Made by a program: the position numbers and the translations under genes. Shown here piece by piece: positions 51,147 through 61,474 of a DNA stretch of 64,000 bases. Source of the stretch: Sedimentisphaerales bacterium (GTDB lineage Bacteria; Planctomycetota; Phycisphaerae; Sedimentisphaerales; SM23-30); NCBI GenBank assembly GCA_963666285.1, contig OY762711.1. One strand, written 5' to 3'. Under the pieces are notes generated by a model, which worked only from the letters and a program-made list of their open reading frames with translations, made no database searches and was not told where the DNA came from. Each line of letters opens with the position of its first letter. Position 1 is the first letter of the stretch.

Positions 51147-53411
51147 ATGAATTCATTACGTATCAGATTATCACTCGTTATTCTACTTACATTTAACCTG
51201 GTAACTGCCTGGGCGGCGACTACATCATCAGAACTCGCCCGGCTTGTACCTGACAATACCATTTTTCTAATCTCTTGCAGCGGTGGCGAAAGCCTTAAAG
51301 CCGATTTCGAAAAAACTATTATAAGTAAGGTATGCCAAGACCCGCAGGTAAAGGTCTTTGTCGAGCAGCTGACAACATCACTCCAGGTAAGCAGTCCGCA
51401 GGTTAACGGCGCTATAAATATGCTGCCGCTGATAATCACTCCCATCCGGGATAGCCAACTGTTGAGCGAACCGCTGGTAATTGGTGCTGCTTATGACAAT
51501 CTTGACATTGAAAATGAGAAAGTAAACGGCTGTATTTATATCGCTGCTGCCGGCGGACCGGATAAGCGTGCGAAAATCCAGAATATGGTCCAGTCGTTCA
51601 GTTTCCTTACCGGCCAGCTAATGAGCCAGGACCAGACCGCGGATGATTACTACCAGTATGACTTCCCCGGAGCGAAATTAATCATGTCAGGCACAGAGTC
51701 CTGCACATTTATAACATTTGGAATGGCTGATAATGCCGATAAATATATGTCCGGCCTGATCGCAACCGCAAAAAAAAGTAACACCCGTAAGCCGGAGATT
51801 ATAAATATATTCGATAAATTTTCCGGCAGAAGCAGTGATATAAAAATTGCGATAAACACTCCCCTGATAATTTCCGAATTGAAGAAACTGCTCGAAATAC
51901 CTGAGATCAAATCCAAACTGGAAAATGATAGCGATGACGCAAAAATTGTTTATGGCTTACTCGACATCATTTCGCCGATGGGCAAGATCGGAGCCAGGAT
52001 CGGATTCAACGACAGCCAGATCGAAGTGGAAAATATTTGCGAGAATTTCGGCAATGTCGTCTTGAATGACTGCATGCTACCGGTCAACAAATCAGTTTTA
52101 AGAGCAGTTTCAAAAGACGTAACCGGCTTTTATCTAACCAATGTAAACCTGGAGAAGGTCATAGAGCAGGTAAAGTCACTTATCTTACAGTTTGACGGAC
52201 AGGAAACCCTGGATGATATAGCCGAAGGACTGGAAGATGCTAAAAGTGAAACCGGTATCGATCTCAGTAAAACCATCTTTACCAACTTTACCGGTGAGCT
52301 GCTTTTTTCATCAAACGGCACACAGACAGCAGCCATGCTCGGCAGTTCAGGCTATGCCATACTCGGAGTTAAAGACTGTGACCTGATGATAGAGACTTTC
52401 CAGAAGCTTATCGAGCTATTAAAAGAAAAAGCCGGTGCCGATATGAAAGTGAGCCTAGTCAAGTCTGAATACAACGGATATGAGATTAATTCTCTAATAT
52501 TGCCGCAGGTTTCGATAGTCGGTCTGCAGCCGGCATTTGCGAAAATTGATGATAATCATATCCTTATCACGAGCAACATATCTGAAGCAATCCCGATAAC
52601 ACAGCTTCTGAAAGCGGCAGACAGCAGTAACAGTATTTTGTCAAACCCTAAATACATTGCCGCTTCGAGTGGATGCCCTGATAACGCTTTTTCGGTTTCT
52701 TATTCCGATACATCCAGAAGCTGGAACGCCTTGAACACCCAGCTTTCAGCCATTTGGCCACTGTTGTCGATGGGGCTGGCCGAACAGGGTATCGTTCTGC
52801 CGCCGATGCTGCCGAATGTATCGTATCTTATGGCTGACGCACCTGGTACTATTTCATGGTCGGCCTTTAAGGATAAGGACTTGATATCGTATAACCGCGG
52901 GCTGGCTGTCAACACATCGATGATGAACGTCAATGGCGGCAGCGCAGCTATAGCAGTATCAATTCTTATGCCGGCATTGTCGCGGGCAAAAACACTTGCA
53001 AAGAATACTGTTTGTCAGACTAACTTGAAGGGGATCGGAGTTGCTACAGTAATATATATGAATGATCACAAGGGAAAAGCACCTGATACTCTTGAAGAAC
53101 TTACCGAAGCAGACCTCACGGAGAAATCAATGATCTGCCCGGAATGTGAAGAGAAATATACCTGGTGCGGTAAGGGCCTGGATGACAGCTGCCCATTTGA
53201 CGCTGTTCTTGCCTACTGCGAATGCCATCTTGATGACGATCTGGGCTATAATGTTCTGTATGCAGACGCTCATGTCGCAAAAGTGGACGAGGAAAAATTC
53301 ATCGAAGTTATGAAAAAGAACAATACAATTCGCAAGCAGCTCGGACTCGAACAGATCGACATACCCGGCACTATCGATGAAACGGAAGTTAAAGAACTCG
53401 ATACATTTTAA
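51147..53411 (+). CDS. Exported protein with C-terminal pilin-like/H-X9-DG (DUF1559-like) domain
   Basis: Signal peptide; ILMPALSRAK..CQTNLKGIG; H...NVLYADAHV. Confidence 0.8.
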   Translation: MNSLRIRLSLVILLTFNLVTAWAATTSSELARLVPDNTIFLISCSGGESLKADFEKTIISKVCQDPQVKVFVEQLTTSLQVSSPQVNGAINMLPLIITPIRDSQLLSEPLVIGAAYDNLDIENEKVNGCIYIAAAGGPDKRAKIQNMVQSFSFLTGQLMSQDQTADDYYQYDFPGAKLIMSGTESCTFITFGMADNADKYMSGLIATAKKSNTRKPEIINIFDKFSGRSSDIKIAINTPLIISELKKLLEIPEIKSKLENDSDDAKIVYGLLDIISPMGKIGARIGFNDSQIEVENICENFGNVVLNDCMLPVNKSVLRAVSKDVTGFYLTNVNLEKVIEQVKSLILQFDGQETLDDIAEGLEDAKSETGIDLSKTIFTNFTGELLFSSNGTQTAAMLGSSGYAILGVKDCDLMIETFQKLIELLKEKAGADMKVSLVKSEYNGYEINSLILPQVSIVGLQPAFAKIDDNHILITSNISEAIPITQLLKAADSSNSILSNPKYIAASSGCPDNAFSVSYSDTSRSWNALNTQLSAIWPLLSMGLAEQGIVLPPMLPNVSYLMADAPGTISWSAFKDKDLISYNRGLAVNTSMMNVNGGSAAIAVSILMPALSRAKTLAKNTVCQTNLKGIGVATVIYMNDHKGKAPDTLEELTEADLTEKSMICPECEEKYTWCGKGLDDSCPFDAVLAYCECHLDDDLGYNVLYADAHVAKVDEEKFIEVMKKNNTIRKQLGLEQIDIPGTIDETEVKELDTF

Positions 53412-53525
53412 TTCCTGAAATATGAGCAGCCTGCATAAATACGTGCGGGCCAGTAACATATAGCCTAGCGAACCGGTGCGGTTCGGCAAATAACATGCCC
53501 CACAGCTGGTTCATATATTAAACTA

Positions 53526-53554
53526 TTGACATTGCTCATTTATGTCGATAGACT
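53526..53554 (+). promoter_or_regulatory. Sigma70-type promoter of metG leader
   Basis: TTGACA-17-TAGACT. Confidence 0.7.
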
Positions 53555-53600
53555 AATATATAGTAATAAACAAATAATGGCATTTACCAAGGAGTTTGTT

Positions 53601-53702
53601 ATGCCGAGCAATTTGACAAAATCAGAATTTCGAATGATGTCTCATATGGAGATGTCAAGGCGGACTCGGTTTGTCTTCTGCTCGGGAACTATGATACTTT
53701 AG
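53601..53702 (+). CDS. Met-rich leader peptide (33 aa)
   Basis: AAGGAG RBS; MPSNLTKSEFRMMSHMEMSRRTRFVFCSGTMIL. Confidence 0.75.
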   Translation: MPSNLTKSEFRMMSHMEMSRRTRFVFCSGTMIL

Positions 53703-53723
53703 ATTCTCTCAGAGCAGAAATTC

Positions 53724-53761
53724 AAGCCCGGAAGTCCCCAAATAGCTTCCGGGCTTTTTTT
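53724..53761 (+). terminator. Attenuator terminator before metG
   Basis: AAGCCCGGAAG..CTTCCGGGCTT followed by T-tract. Confidence 0.85.
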
Positions 53762-53802
53762 ATTTATATAATCATACACAAAAATATAAAAACGAGAATC
53801 AA

Positions 53803-55236
53803 ATGAAAAATCAAATATATATAACAACAGCAATTCCATACGTAAACGGAGACCCGCACCTGGGTTTCACACTCGAACTCGTCCAGGCAGATGTAATCGC
53901 CAGGTACTACCGACTGATAAACACCCAGACACTGTTTCAGACCGGCACAGATGAAAATGCGTTCAAAAATGTGCTCAGCGCCCGCCGGGCCGGCATAGAA
54001 ACCAGTAAATTTGTCAGGCATAATGCCGACAAATTCCTGCGTTTGAACGACAGGCTGAAAATATCGTTAGACAGCTTTATCAGAACCTCATGCAGCAGTC
54101 ATCAATCAGGTGCCCAGCTGCTCTGGCAGCAATGCCGTCAGGAAGACATATACCAGAAAAGCTATACCGGGCTATACTGCACCGGGTGCGAAGATTTCCT
54201 CAACGAAGGCGTGCTAATCGACGGGCTATGCCCCGAACACCGTCAGCCGCCAACCGAAACCAGCGAAACTAACTACTTCTTCCGCCTGTCAGCCTATCAG
54301 GACAAGCTCGAAAAACTTATCTCCGACGACACTATCAGGGTAGTACCGCTGGCCAGGAAGAACCAGGTACTAAGCTTCATCAGAAGCGGGCTGCAGGATT
54401 TCAGTATTTCCCGCAACAGCGACAGGTCCGGCGGCTGGGGTGTGCCTGTCCCGGGTGACCCATCCCAAACGATCTATGTCTGGATCGACGCACTGGCAAA
54501 TTATCTGACCGGGATAGGGTTCGGCACCAACAATTCCTGGCTGCAAACCTGGAACGAACATAGTAAAAAGATCCACGTTATCGGCAAAAACGTATGGAAG
54601 TTCCACGCTATCTACTGGCCCGCTATCCTGCTGTCTGCCGGGCTGCCGCTGCCGAACGAAATAGTCGTTCACGGGTTTCTAACTGAAAACGGATCGAAGA
54701 TAAGTAAATCGCTTGGCAACGCAACCGATCCAAATATACTGATCGATCAGTACGGCCCGGACCCGCTGCGATATTACCTGCTGGCTGAGTTTTCGCCCTT
54801 TAATGATGGCGACTTTTCACTCGACAGGTTTAGAAAGACTTATGAAACCAGGCTGGCTAATACGCTTGGAAACCTGCTCAGCCGACTGACAACTATCTGC
54901 CAGAAATCGTCTTTCAGTAAATTCGATCCTGCCGGCATCCCCCAGGCACCGGACGGATTCCATGATTTTATCGCACAATATCAGCTCGACAAGGCCCTGG
55001 CATTATTGTGGTCTGTCATAACAACACTTAACCAGGATATCGACAACGTAAAACCATGGATACTGATCAAGGAGAATAAACTGGAAACCGTAAGGGAAAT
55101 TCTGCCCAGGTGGCTCGCCCGGCTCGAACAGGCGGCGTACTGGCTAACCCCGTTTATGCCCGACACTGCCGGTACAATCCTAAAAACGATCAGGAGCAAC
55201 CCCATCACACCCGGCGAAATACTATTTCCCAAATAA
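53803..55236 (+). CDS. metG: Methionyl-tRNA synthetase, short form
   Basis: TTAIPYVNG.PHLG, GTDE, Zn knuckle, YVWIDAL, KISKS. Confidence 0.93.
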   Translation: MKNQIYITTAIPYVNGDPHLGFTLELVQADVIARYYRLINTQTLFQTGTDENAFKNVLSARRAGIETSKFVRHNADKFLRLNDRLKISLDSFIRTSCSSHQSGAQLLWQQCRQEDIYQKSYTGLYCTGCEDFLNEGVLIDGLCPEHRQPPTETSETNYFFRLSAYQDKLEKLISDDTIRVVPLARKNQVLSFIRSGLQDFSISRNSDRSGGWGVPVPGDPSQTIYVWIDALANYLTGIGFGTNNSWLQTWNEHSKKIHVIGKNVWKFHAIYWPAILLSAGLPLPNEIVVHGFLTENGSKISKSLGNATDPNILIDQYGPDPLRYYLLAEFSPFNDGDFSLDRFRKTYETRLANTLGNLLSRLTTICQKSSFSKFDPAGIPQAPDGFHDFIAQYQLDKALALLWSVITTLNQDIDNVKPWILIKENKLETVREILPRWLARLEQAAYWLTPFMPDTAGTILKTIRSNPITPGEILFPK

Positions 55237-55289
55237 CACCATACTATCAACAGCAATGCAAAGTTCAGATAATATGAGCTTTGCATTGT

Positions 55290-55754
55290 TTAGTTTTCTT
55301 TTATCGCTTCAGCCATATTTTCCGGCATGTCGGTAATAGTTATCTCGCGTGTGGTTTCGTTTATGTGTTTGATAGTGATATGGATCGGATCATAAGCGTC
55401 AACAATGGTATTAGTACGGTCAGCCCACTCTACCAGTACAATAGCCGGTCCGCAAAGCAGCTCATCGAACCCGATCGCCTCCAACTGGTCGGAGCTCTCC
55501 AGCCGCCAGGCATCCAAATGATAGATCATCAGCCGCCCTTCATACTCGTTCATCAGCGTAAAGGTCGGGCTGGTAACATCTTCAACATCGGGCACATCAA
55601 GCCCGGCGGCAATGCCCTTTATCAGGTGTGTCTTACCGGCACCAAGGTTGCCCACCAGCGACACCAGCGTGCCGGGGGCGACATTACGCCCGATCTGCTC
55701 GCCCAGTGCCAGGGTCTGGGCGATACTGGTACTTGTTATTGTTATACTGCTCAT
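55290..55754 (-). CDS. tsaE: t6A biosynthesis ATPase TsaE
   Basis: GNLGAGKT, VTSPTF, YHLDAWR, VEW. Confidence 0.95.
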   Translation of the reverse strand: MSSITITSTSIAQTLALGEQIGRNVAPGTLVSLVGNLGAGKTHLIKGIAAGLDVPDVEDVTSPTFTLMNEYEGRLMIYHLDAWRLESSDQLEAIGFDELLCGPAIVLVEWADRTNTIVDAYDPIHITIKHINETTREITITDMPENMAEAIKEN

Positions 55755-55843
55755 AGGGTCATATATGATAACAACAGAAACAGAAATTTAAACGAAAAAA
55801 TGATACCGCCAGGCGTTCCCCGACGGCAAAACAGGCAGGAAAA

Positions 55844-56719
55844 TCAGATTTTTCCGGATGATAACGCGACCCAACCGTCATTATCAGGATGAAAATACGC
55901 GTATATCCCCTTGCGGCAATGCTCCATCGTACTCTGCGGATAAAAACAGTTTGTATAGCAGTTACACGACTGGTACAGCTCTTCGACCTCGTCAATACCT
56001 AAAGCCAGGCATTCAAACTCCTCATCAACATCGGATATATACTCCATAACCTTATTGATAACCTGACGAGGCTGAACAACAAACTCGCGGCCAATATGCT
56101 CTTCCGTCAAAAGATAATCCATAACAAACATATTATGATTGTCGTCGGTACTGAACCGGTCAAACAAACCGACAAGGTCGTCTTTGGTCAGGAAATAACT
56201 CAGGCCCTCAGCAACAATAAAAGTCGGCTTGCTCCTGTTATACCCGCAATAAGATTCCAATCGCGAGACCATATCATCATCTCTGACATCGGCCTGCAGA
56301 AAATTTATACGGCCATACAACTCCGGTGCAATATCGGCATACAGCTGGCGTTTACTGATATTGTCAGCCAGATCAACCTCAATAACATTATCGAGCTTAT
56401 TGCCGTATAGATCCAAAGCTTCCAGCGCCAGCGGATCGGCCCCGGCCGCGAGAACAACAAGCTGAAAATGCCCTTCTGTCCGGCGGTTAAACTGTTCCAG
56501 CAGTTTACGGATATAAAACTTACGGTTGATAATAACCTCTGAATACCAGGGGCATATTATATTACAGGACTCTACCAGGTCATAACCCTCGCTAAGGTCC
56601 AACCGGTCAACATACGCCCGGGCGTAGCGATTGCGCAACGCCTCCATGCCCCACAACATCACCAGTGCTGCGGTATGCGATAGTTTTATCCCTGCTTTAT
56701 TTCGATCTGGCCCTGCCAT
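55844..56719 (-). CDS. SAM-dependent methyltransferase (LCM-like)
   Basis: QLVVLAAGAD, EVDL, PTFIVAEGLSYF. Confidence 0.8.
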   Translation of the reverse strand: MAGPDRNKAGIKLSHTAALVMLWGMEALRNRYARAYVDRLDLSEGYDLVESCNIICPWYSEVIINRKFYIRKLLEQFNRRTEGHFQLVVLAAGADPLALEALDLYGNKLDNVIEVDLADNISKRQLYADIAPELYGRINFLQADVRDDDMVSRLESYCGYNRSKPTFIVAEGLSYFLTKDDLVGLFDRFSTDDNHNMFVMDYLLTEEHIGREFVVQPRQVINKVMEYISDVDEEFECLALGIDEVEELYQSCNCYTNCFYPQSTMEHCRKGIYAYFHPDNDGWVALSSGKI

Positions 56720-56764
56720 ATATTACCCCAATCCAGATATATTCTTTAATTATCAGCGGTAAAT

Positions 56765-57169
56765 TTAGTCGCTGACTTTCTTTTTCATAATATTACCCGG
56801 TTCAGCTACTTTCCTGTAACCAAGCGCAATAATGATTTCAAGAATCTCGGTATAACTCGGAAATGGTTTATTATTAACCCGTTTATACTCATCAATAGCC
56901 TTGATAAGTTCGAACTGGTCATCGGTCATCTCGCCTTCTTCGGCACTGCGCCTGTCATCACAACGACGGCGACCGGGTCCGCGACGACGTTCCATAGCCG
57001 CGCGACGTTCCAGTTCTGTCTCTCTACGATCCGGACCATCAAACTCTGTTTCTAAACAACGTCTGTCCATACCGCTTCTGCGGTCTGATTTGCTGCGCCG
57101 ATCGGAACCTTTGCGATTTTCCTGATCTACCTTTTCATCCTGAAGTTCTAGTACTTCCTGTTCAGCCAT
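56765..57169 (-). CDS. DRR/ERR-repeat protein
   Basis: Tandem DRR/ERR repeats; EGEMT..F..AIDEYK..N.KPFP..TE..LGYRK. Confidence 0.75.
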   Translation of the reverse strand: MAEQEVLELQDEKVDQENRKGSDRRSKSDRRSGMDRRCLETEFDGPDRRETELERRAAMERRRGPGRRRCDDRRSAEEGEMTDDQFELIKAIDEYKRVNNKPFPSYTEILEIIIALGYRKVAEPGNIMKKKVSD

Positions 57170-57241
57170 TTCTAATTTCTCCTGTCCTTTACTAAGGAAT
57201 TAAATACCTTGTCTTTCTGCTATAATCAATGACATTTTGAA

Positions 57242-57652
57242 TCAATATAAGTCATCTTCGTCCATATACCCACCCGCACCATAGTCATCATCTTCATCGT
57301 AGCCGTCATCTTCATCGTAGTCATCGTCGTCGTCATAGCCCATTACATCATCTTTGATTTCTTCTTCTTCATCATCCAGCGGACTGTAATCTGAAAAATC
57401 GTCATCATCGTCGGCATCGCCGAAAAGCTTTTCATCCTCATCAATCTCGGCATTATCTTCCAGCTCTTCCTGCTGAATCAGAATATGCCTGGCATCTTCC
57501 AGCTCTTCCTCTGGTACCATCACCGCAATTTCATCTTCACTTTCTGTGTCAATCTCAACAGAAATATCATGATCTTCCAAAAGTGTCTGGTAAAATTCAG
57601 CCTTTTCCAAACTTTTAACATATACCAGAACTGACATATCCTGGGCCATCAT
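57242..57652 (-). CDS. DUF2007-like protein with acidic tail
   Basis: AEFYQTLLEDHDI..VMVPEEELEDA; D/E-rich C-terminus. Confidence 0.65.
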   Translation of the reverse strand: MMAQDMSVLVYVKSLEKAEFYQTLLEDHDISVEIDTESEDEIAVMVPEEELEDARHILIQQEELEDNAEIDEDEKLFGDADDDDDFSDYSPLDDEEEEIKDDVMGYDDDDDYDEDDGYDEDDDYGAGGYMDEDDLY

Positions 57653-58192
57653 ATTATTACCTCGCTCAAAACGTTGTCCTTAACAATATATTTCTCTTAT
57701 GAACGATAAACTTTTTCTTATAACAATATTAAATACAGAAACTTATAAACATTTTCAATCTGCCGGTATTTTATTATAGCACCTTGCAGCTGTATAAGTT
57801 TACTTTTACAATATTTCCATTCTTCTTTCTTTTCGGATTTATGCACATCTTCTTTTAAGAAAAAATGGATTTTCTACCGATAACTTTTCATCTTTAGGTA
57901 AAATACCTGATACCAATACCCATATTCACGATTATTCCGATTATCCATCGTTCCTGATAACAGGTGATTTTACTTATGGTTTGCTGATATATTCACTATC
58001 CCGCTTTTGAATTGATAATTATTTCATATCAGTTATATTTATATAGTCAGTAATATTTCGTCAGCCGGCGGCAACGGAAGTTATTATAATTAAATTAGTT
58101 AGCAATTATATAACCTTTACAGGTCTGCTGTTGCTTTGTGTATGAATATGTGGGGTATCATATTTTTCAATTGGCATATCAGAAAAGAGACT

Positions 58193-58855
58193 ATGAGCAA
58201 TAACAACTTAAATCTATTATATGAAACACTTTACAACCACTACGGGCCGCAGTATTGGTGGCCTGGAGATACCACCTTTGAGATTATGGTAGGTGCTATT
58301 CTGACCCAGAACACAAACTGGACCAACGTTGAAAAGGCTATTAAGAATCTTATTGATGCCGATGCTTTGTCTTTAGAAGTCATAAATAAAATGGAACATG
58401 ACCGGCTTGCGGAACTTATCAGACCTGCCGGATACTTCAATGTAAAAACCAAACGCCTGAAAGCTTTTACTGAATGGCTGGCACAAAACGCCGGCGAAGA
58501 CCTGGAATCTCTTAAAAGTTATTCGCTCAGTTCACTGAGAGAGCAACTGCTGGCGGTAAAAGGAATAGGCAAGGAAACCGCCGACTCTATACTCCTTTAT
58601 GCCCTGGGCATGCCAACTTTTGTCGTCGACACTTATACCTATAGAGTTTTTACCCGCCATCAGCTGATCGAACCGGAAGCTGATTATGACGAACTTCGAG
58701 ATTTCTGCATGTGGAACCTGGAAGAAGATATACAACTTTATAATGAGTTCCATGCCCTGCTGGTGATGGTAGGCAAAAATCACTGCAAACCAAAACCAAA
58801 ATGCCAGGGATGCCCGCTGGAACATTTACCTCACGAAATAGAAATGGATTTCTAA
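58193..58855 (+). CDS. Endonuclease III-related HhH-GPD glycosylase
   Basis: WWPG..GAILTQNT, GIGKETADSI, C..KPKC..CP. Confidence 0.9.
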   Translation: MSNNNLNLLYETLYNHYGPQYWWPGDTTFEIMVGAILTQNTNWTNVEKAIKNLIDADALSLEVINKMEHDRLAELIRPAGYFNVKTKRLKAFTEWLAQNAGEDLESLKSYSLSSLREQLLAVKGIGKETADSILLYALGMPTFVVDTYTYRVFTRHQLIEPEADYDELRDFCMWNLEEDIQLYNEFHALLVMVGKNHCKPKPKCQGCPLEHLPHEIEMDF

Positions 58856-58906
58856 ACCTGTTCTTAAAAGAAAAAGCAAATATGCAGTTATTACCAAGGA
58901 TGCAGC

Positions 58907-60298
58907 ATGAGACCAATACTGACAGATGAAATTAAAATCGCGATAAATGCCGTAATGAAAACCAGGATGAATAAGGCACTTATCCATGACGTCTCAATTG
59001 ATTCGCGCGAACCGCAAACAGATAAAATCTTTTTCGCCATTCGCGGCGAACGATTTGACGGCCATAGTTTCATCGACCAGGTGGTTCACAACGGCGCCGG
59101 TGCCATTGTCGTCGATCAAGATATTGCTATTACTCCTGTTATGAAAGACCGGGAAGTCGTGGTTTATAAGGTTAACGATACCATCGAAGCCCTGGGGAGA
59201 CTGGCCAGATATTATCGAAGCAAAATGATTGGTGCCGTACAGGTTATTGCCGTTACCGGCTCAAATGGCAAGACAACCGTTAGAGAGATGATCCATCACA
59301 CTCTTTCAACTAAATACAAATCCAGCCAATCGCCGAAGAATTTTAATAATAACATCGGTGTTCCACTGAGTATCCTTTCAGTCGAACATGATCAGGACTT
59401 TGCCGTTATCGAACTGGGTACAAATTCGCCCGGTGAGATACATTATCTTTCGCAAATTGCTCAGCCTGATATCGCCGTGATCACATCGATCGGCCCTTCC
59501 CACCTGGAAGGACTGAAATCTATCGACGGGGTATGCGCAGAAAAATCTTCGATTGTCTCCGGCCTGAAAAAAGGCGGAACCGTTATCTGTACCGCCTCCG
59601 CCCCGGATGCAATTACTCGACTGAAGCATAGTAATGTCAAGATTATTACTTTCGGCCTGAATCGCGACAGTGACGTTCATGCCGTAAATATCAAGACCGA
59701 CTCTGACGGCAGTATAACCTTTGAAACCAATGACCGCTGCCGAATCACCCTGCCGATACCCGGTAAACACAATGTCAGTAACGCCCTGGCGGCTCTTGCG
59801 GTCTGCAGAAAGATGGATATTACTACCGGGCAGTTCGCTGATGCCATCAAGAGTTTTAATGCTGTAGGCGGAAGACTGAACGTTAAGAAAAACGGGAATA
59901 TAACCATAATAGATGACAGTTATAACGCCAACCCTGCCAGTATGGAAGCAGCCCTGGATGTGATGGATGACCTGGAAGCGGCAAGAAGAATTTTCTGCTG
60001 CGGCGATATGGGAGAACTGGGCTCGCAATCTAGTCAGCTCCACCATACACTCGGCGACACAATTGCCTTGAGCAAAACAGATATACTGATTACTGCCGGA
60101 CAGCTGAGTAGAGAAACTGCTGATGCTGCGGTTGATGCCGGGCTCAGCAGCAGTAATGTATTTTCATTTGACGATGCAAATGAGGCTGCCGTAAAGCTGA
60201 CCGATATTGCACAGCCAGGAGATGTTATCCTGGTTAAAGGTTCACGAATGATGCAAATGGAAAAAATAGCAAAACGTGTAAAAGAATACTTCCAATGA
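58907..60298 (+). CDS. murF: UDP-MurNAc-tripeptide D-Ala-D-Ala ligase
   Basis: DSR, FDGH, TGSNGKTT, NNNIGVP, DSYNANP, KGSR. Confidence 0.95.
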   Translation: MRPILTDEIKIAINAVMKTRMNKALIHDVSIDSREPQTDKIFFAIRGERFDGHSFIDQVVHNGAGAIVVDQDIAITPVMKDREVVVYKVNDTIEALGRLARYYRSKMIGAVQVIAVTGSNGKTTVREMIHHTLSTKYKSSQSPKNFNNNIGVPLSILSVEHDQDFAVIELGTNSPGEIHYLSQIAQPDIAVITSIGPSHLEGLKSIDGVCAEKSSIVSGLKKGGTVICTASAPDAITRLKHSNVKIITFGLNRDSDVHAVNIKTDSDGSITFETNDRCRITLPIPGKHNVSNALAALAVCRKMDITTGQFADAIKSFNAVGGRLNVKKNGNITIIDDSYNANPASMEAALDVMDDLEAARRIFCCGDMGELGSQSSQLHHTLGDTIALSKTDILITAGQLSRETADAAVDAGLSSSNVFSFDDANEAAVKLTDIAQPGDVILVKGSRMMQMEKIAKRVKEYFQ

Positions 60299-61437
60299 AG
60301 ATAATAATCGCACCAGACTCATTCAAAGAATCACTCAGGGCCGAGCAGGCAGCAAACGCTATCGCTGCCGGCGCCCGCAAGGCTGCTCCTGGTGCCGCTA
60401 TCGAATTAGTCCCGTTGGCTGACGGCGGCGAAGGACTTATCAGCTGCTTCAAATTCAAAGATCACCATATCGAAACCTGCCATGTGCATGGCCCGCTTTC
60501 CGGGTATGTAACCGCTGAATATCTTATCTTCGAGGAAAACAAACGCAAAACCGCCGTTATAGAAATGGCATCTGCCGCCGGAATTGAACTGATTCCGACA
60601 GAACAAAGAAACCCGCTCCTGACTACGACTTATGGCGTAGGTGAAATAATATTTAATGCCTATAACAAAGGCTGCCGCAAGTTCTATATCGGGTTGGGCG
60701 GCTCTGCTACCAGCGATTGCGGCTGCGGCATGGCTCAGGCACTTGGCGTACGGTTTTATGACTCGCAGTGCAATGAAATTGAACCGGCGATAAACGCGGC
60801 TCTCAATATTCATATCAATTCAATTAATACGGAAAACATTTCCATTGATATAAACGATTGCTCTTTTACCGCGGTTTGCGATGTTGCCAACCCGCTGCTT
60901 GGCGAGCTCGGCGCCGCTTTTACCTATGCCCGTCAGAAAGGGGCTGATGACAACCAGATCATCCAGATCGAACAGGCTTCAACCTCGGTCGTTTCCGTTA
61001 TCGAAAAAGAAACATGCAAAAAGTTGAGGTATATTCCCGGCAGCGGTGCAGCAGGCGGCATCGGTGTTTCTATTGTCGCCTTCATGGACGGAAAACTCGA
61101 ACCCGGCATGGAAATAATTTTACGGGAAACTGATTTCTACAGTAAAATAAAGGATGCCGACCTGATCATAACCGGCGAAGGATGCATCGACCAGACTACC
61201 ATACATGGCAAAGTTATCTCCGGCGTTCTAAAAGCAGCCTCTGGGATACCTGTCATTGCCCTGTGCGGAGCAATCCAGGGCGATATCAAACCTCTATACG
61301 AAGCCGGGCTGACCGCCGCGTATTCCATTTGCCCCGGACCGGCCACACTTCAGCAGGCAATAAATGACACTGCACCTAACCTTGCCAGAACCGCACACCA
61401 GGTAGTAAAAACTTTTATTGCCGGAAATGGTTTATGA
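60295..61437 (+). CDS. glxK: Glycerate kinase
   Basis: APDSFKES, ADGGEG, GGSATSD, GAAGG, TGEG. Confidence 0.93.
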   Translation: MKIIIAPDSFKESLRAEQAANAIAAGARKAAPGAAIELVPLADGGEGLISCFKFKDHHIETCHVHGPLSGYVTAEYLIFEENKRKTAVIEMASAAGIELIPTEQRNPLLTTTYGVGEIIFNAYNKGCRKFYIGLGGSATSDCGCGMAQALGVRFYDSQCNEIEPAINAALNIHINSINTENISIDINDCSFTAVCDVANPLLGELGAAFTYARQKGADDNQIIQIEQASTSVVSVIEKETCKKLRYIPGSGAAGGIGVSIVAFMDGKLEPGMEIILRETDFYSKIKDADLIITGEGCIDQTTIHGKVISGVLKAASGIPVIALCGAIQGDIKPLYEAGLTAAYSICPGPATLQQAINDTAPNLARTAHQVVKTFIAGNGL

Positions 61438-61474
61438 AGTTGACCATTTTTTTTTGCATCGGTCACACTCAAGC

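Noticed and set aside
53601..53761. T-box or SAM riboswitch before metG
   Set aside because: No UGGNACC T-box bulge or SAM-I core; the leader-peptide model fits better
57250..57340. Tandem tcatcttcatcgtag repeats
   Set aside because: Encode the acidic DEDD tail of the protein
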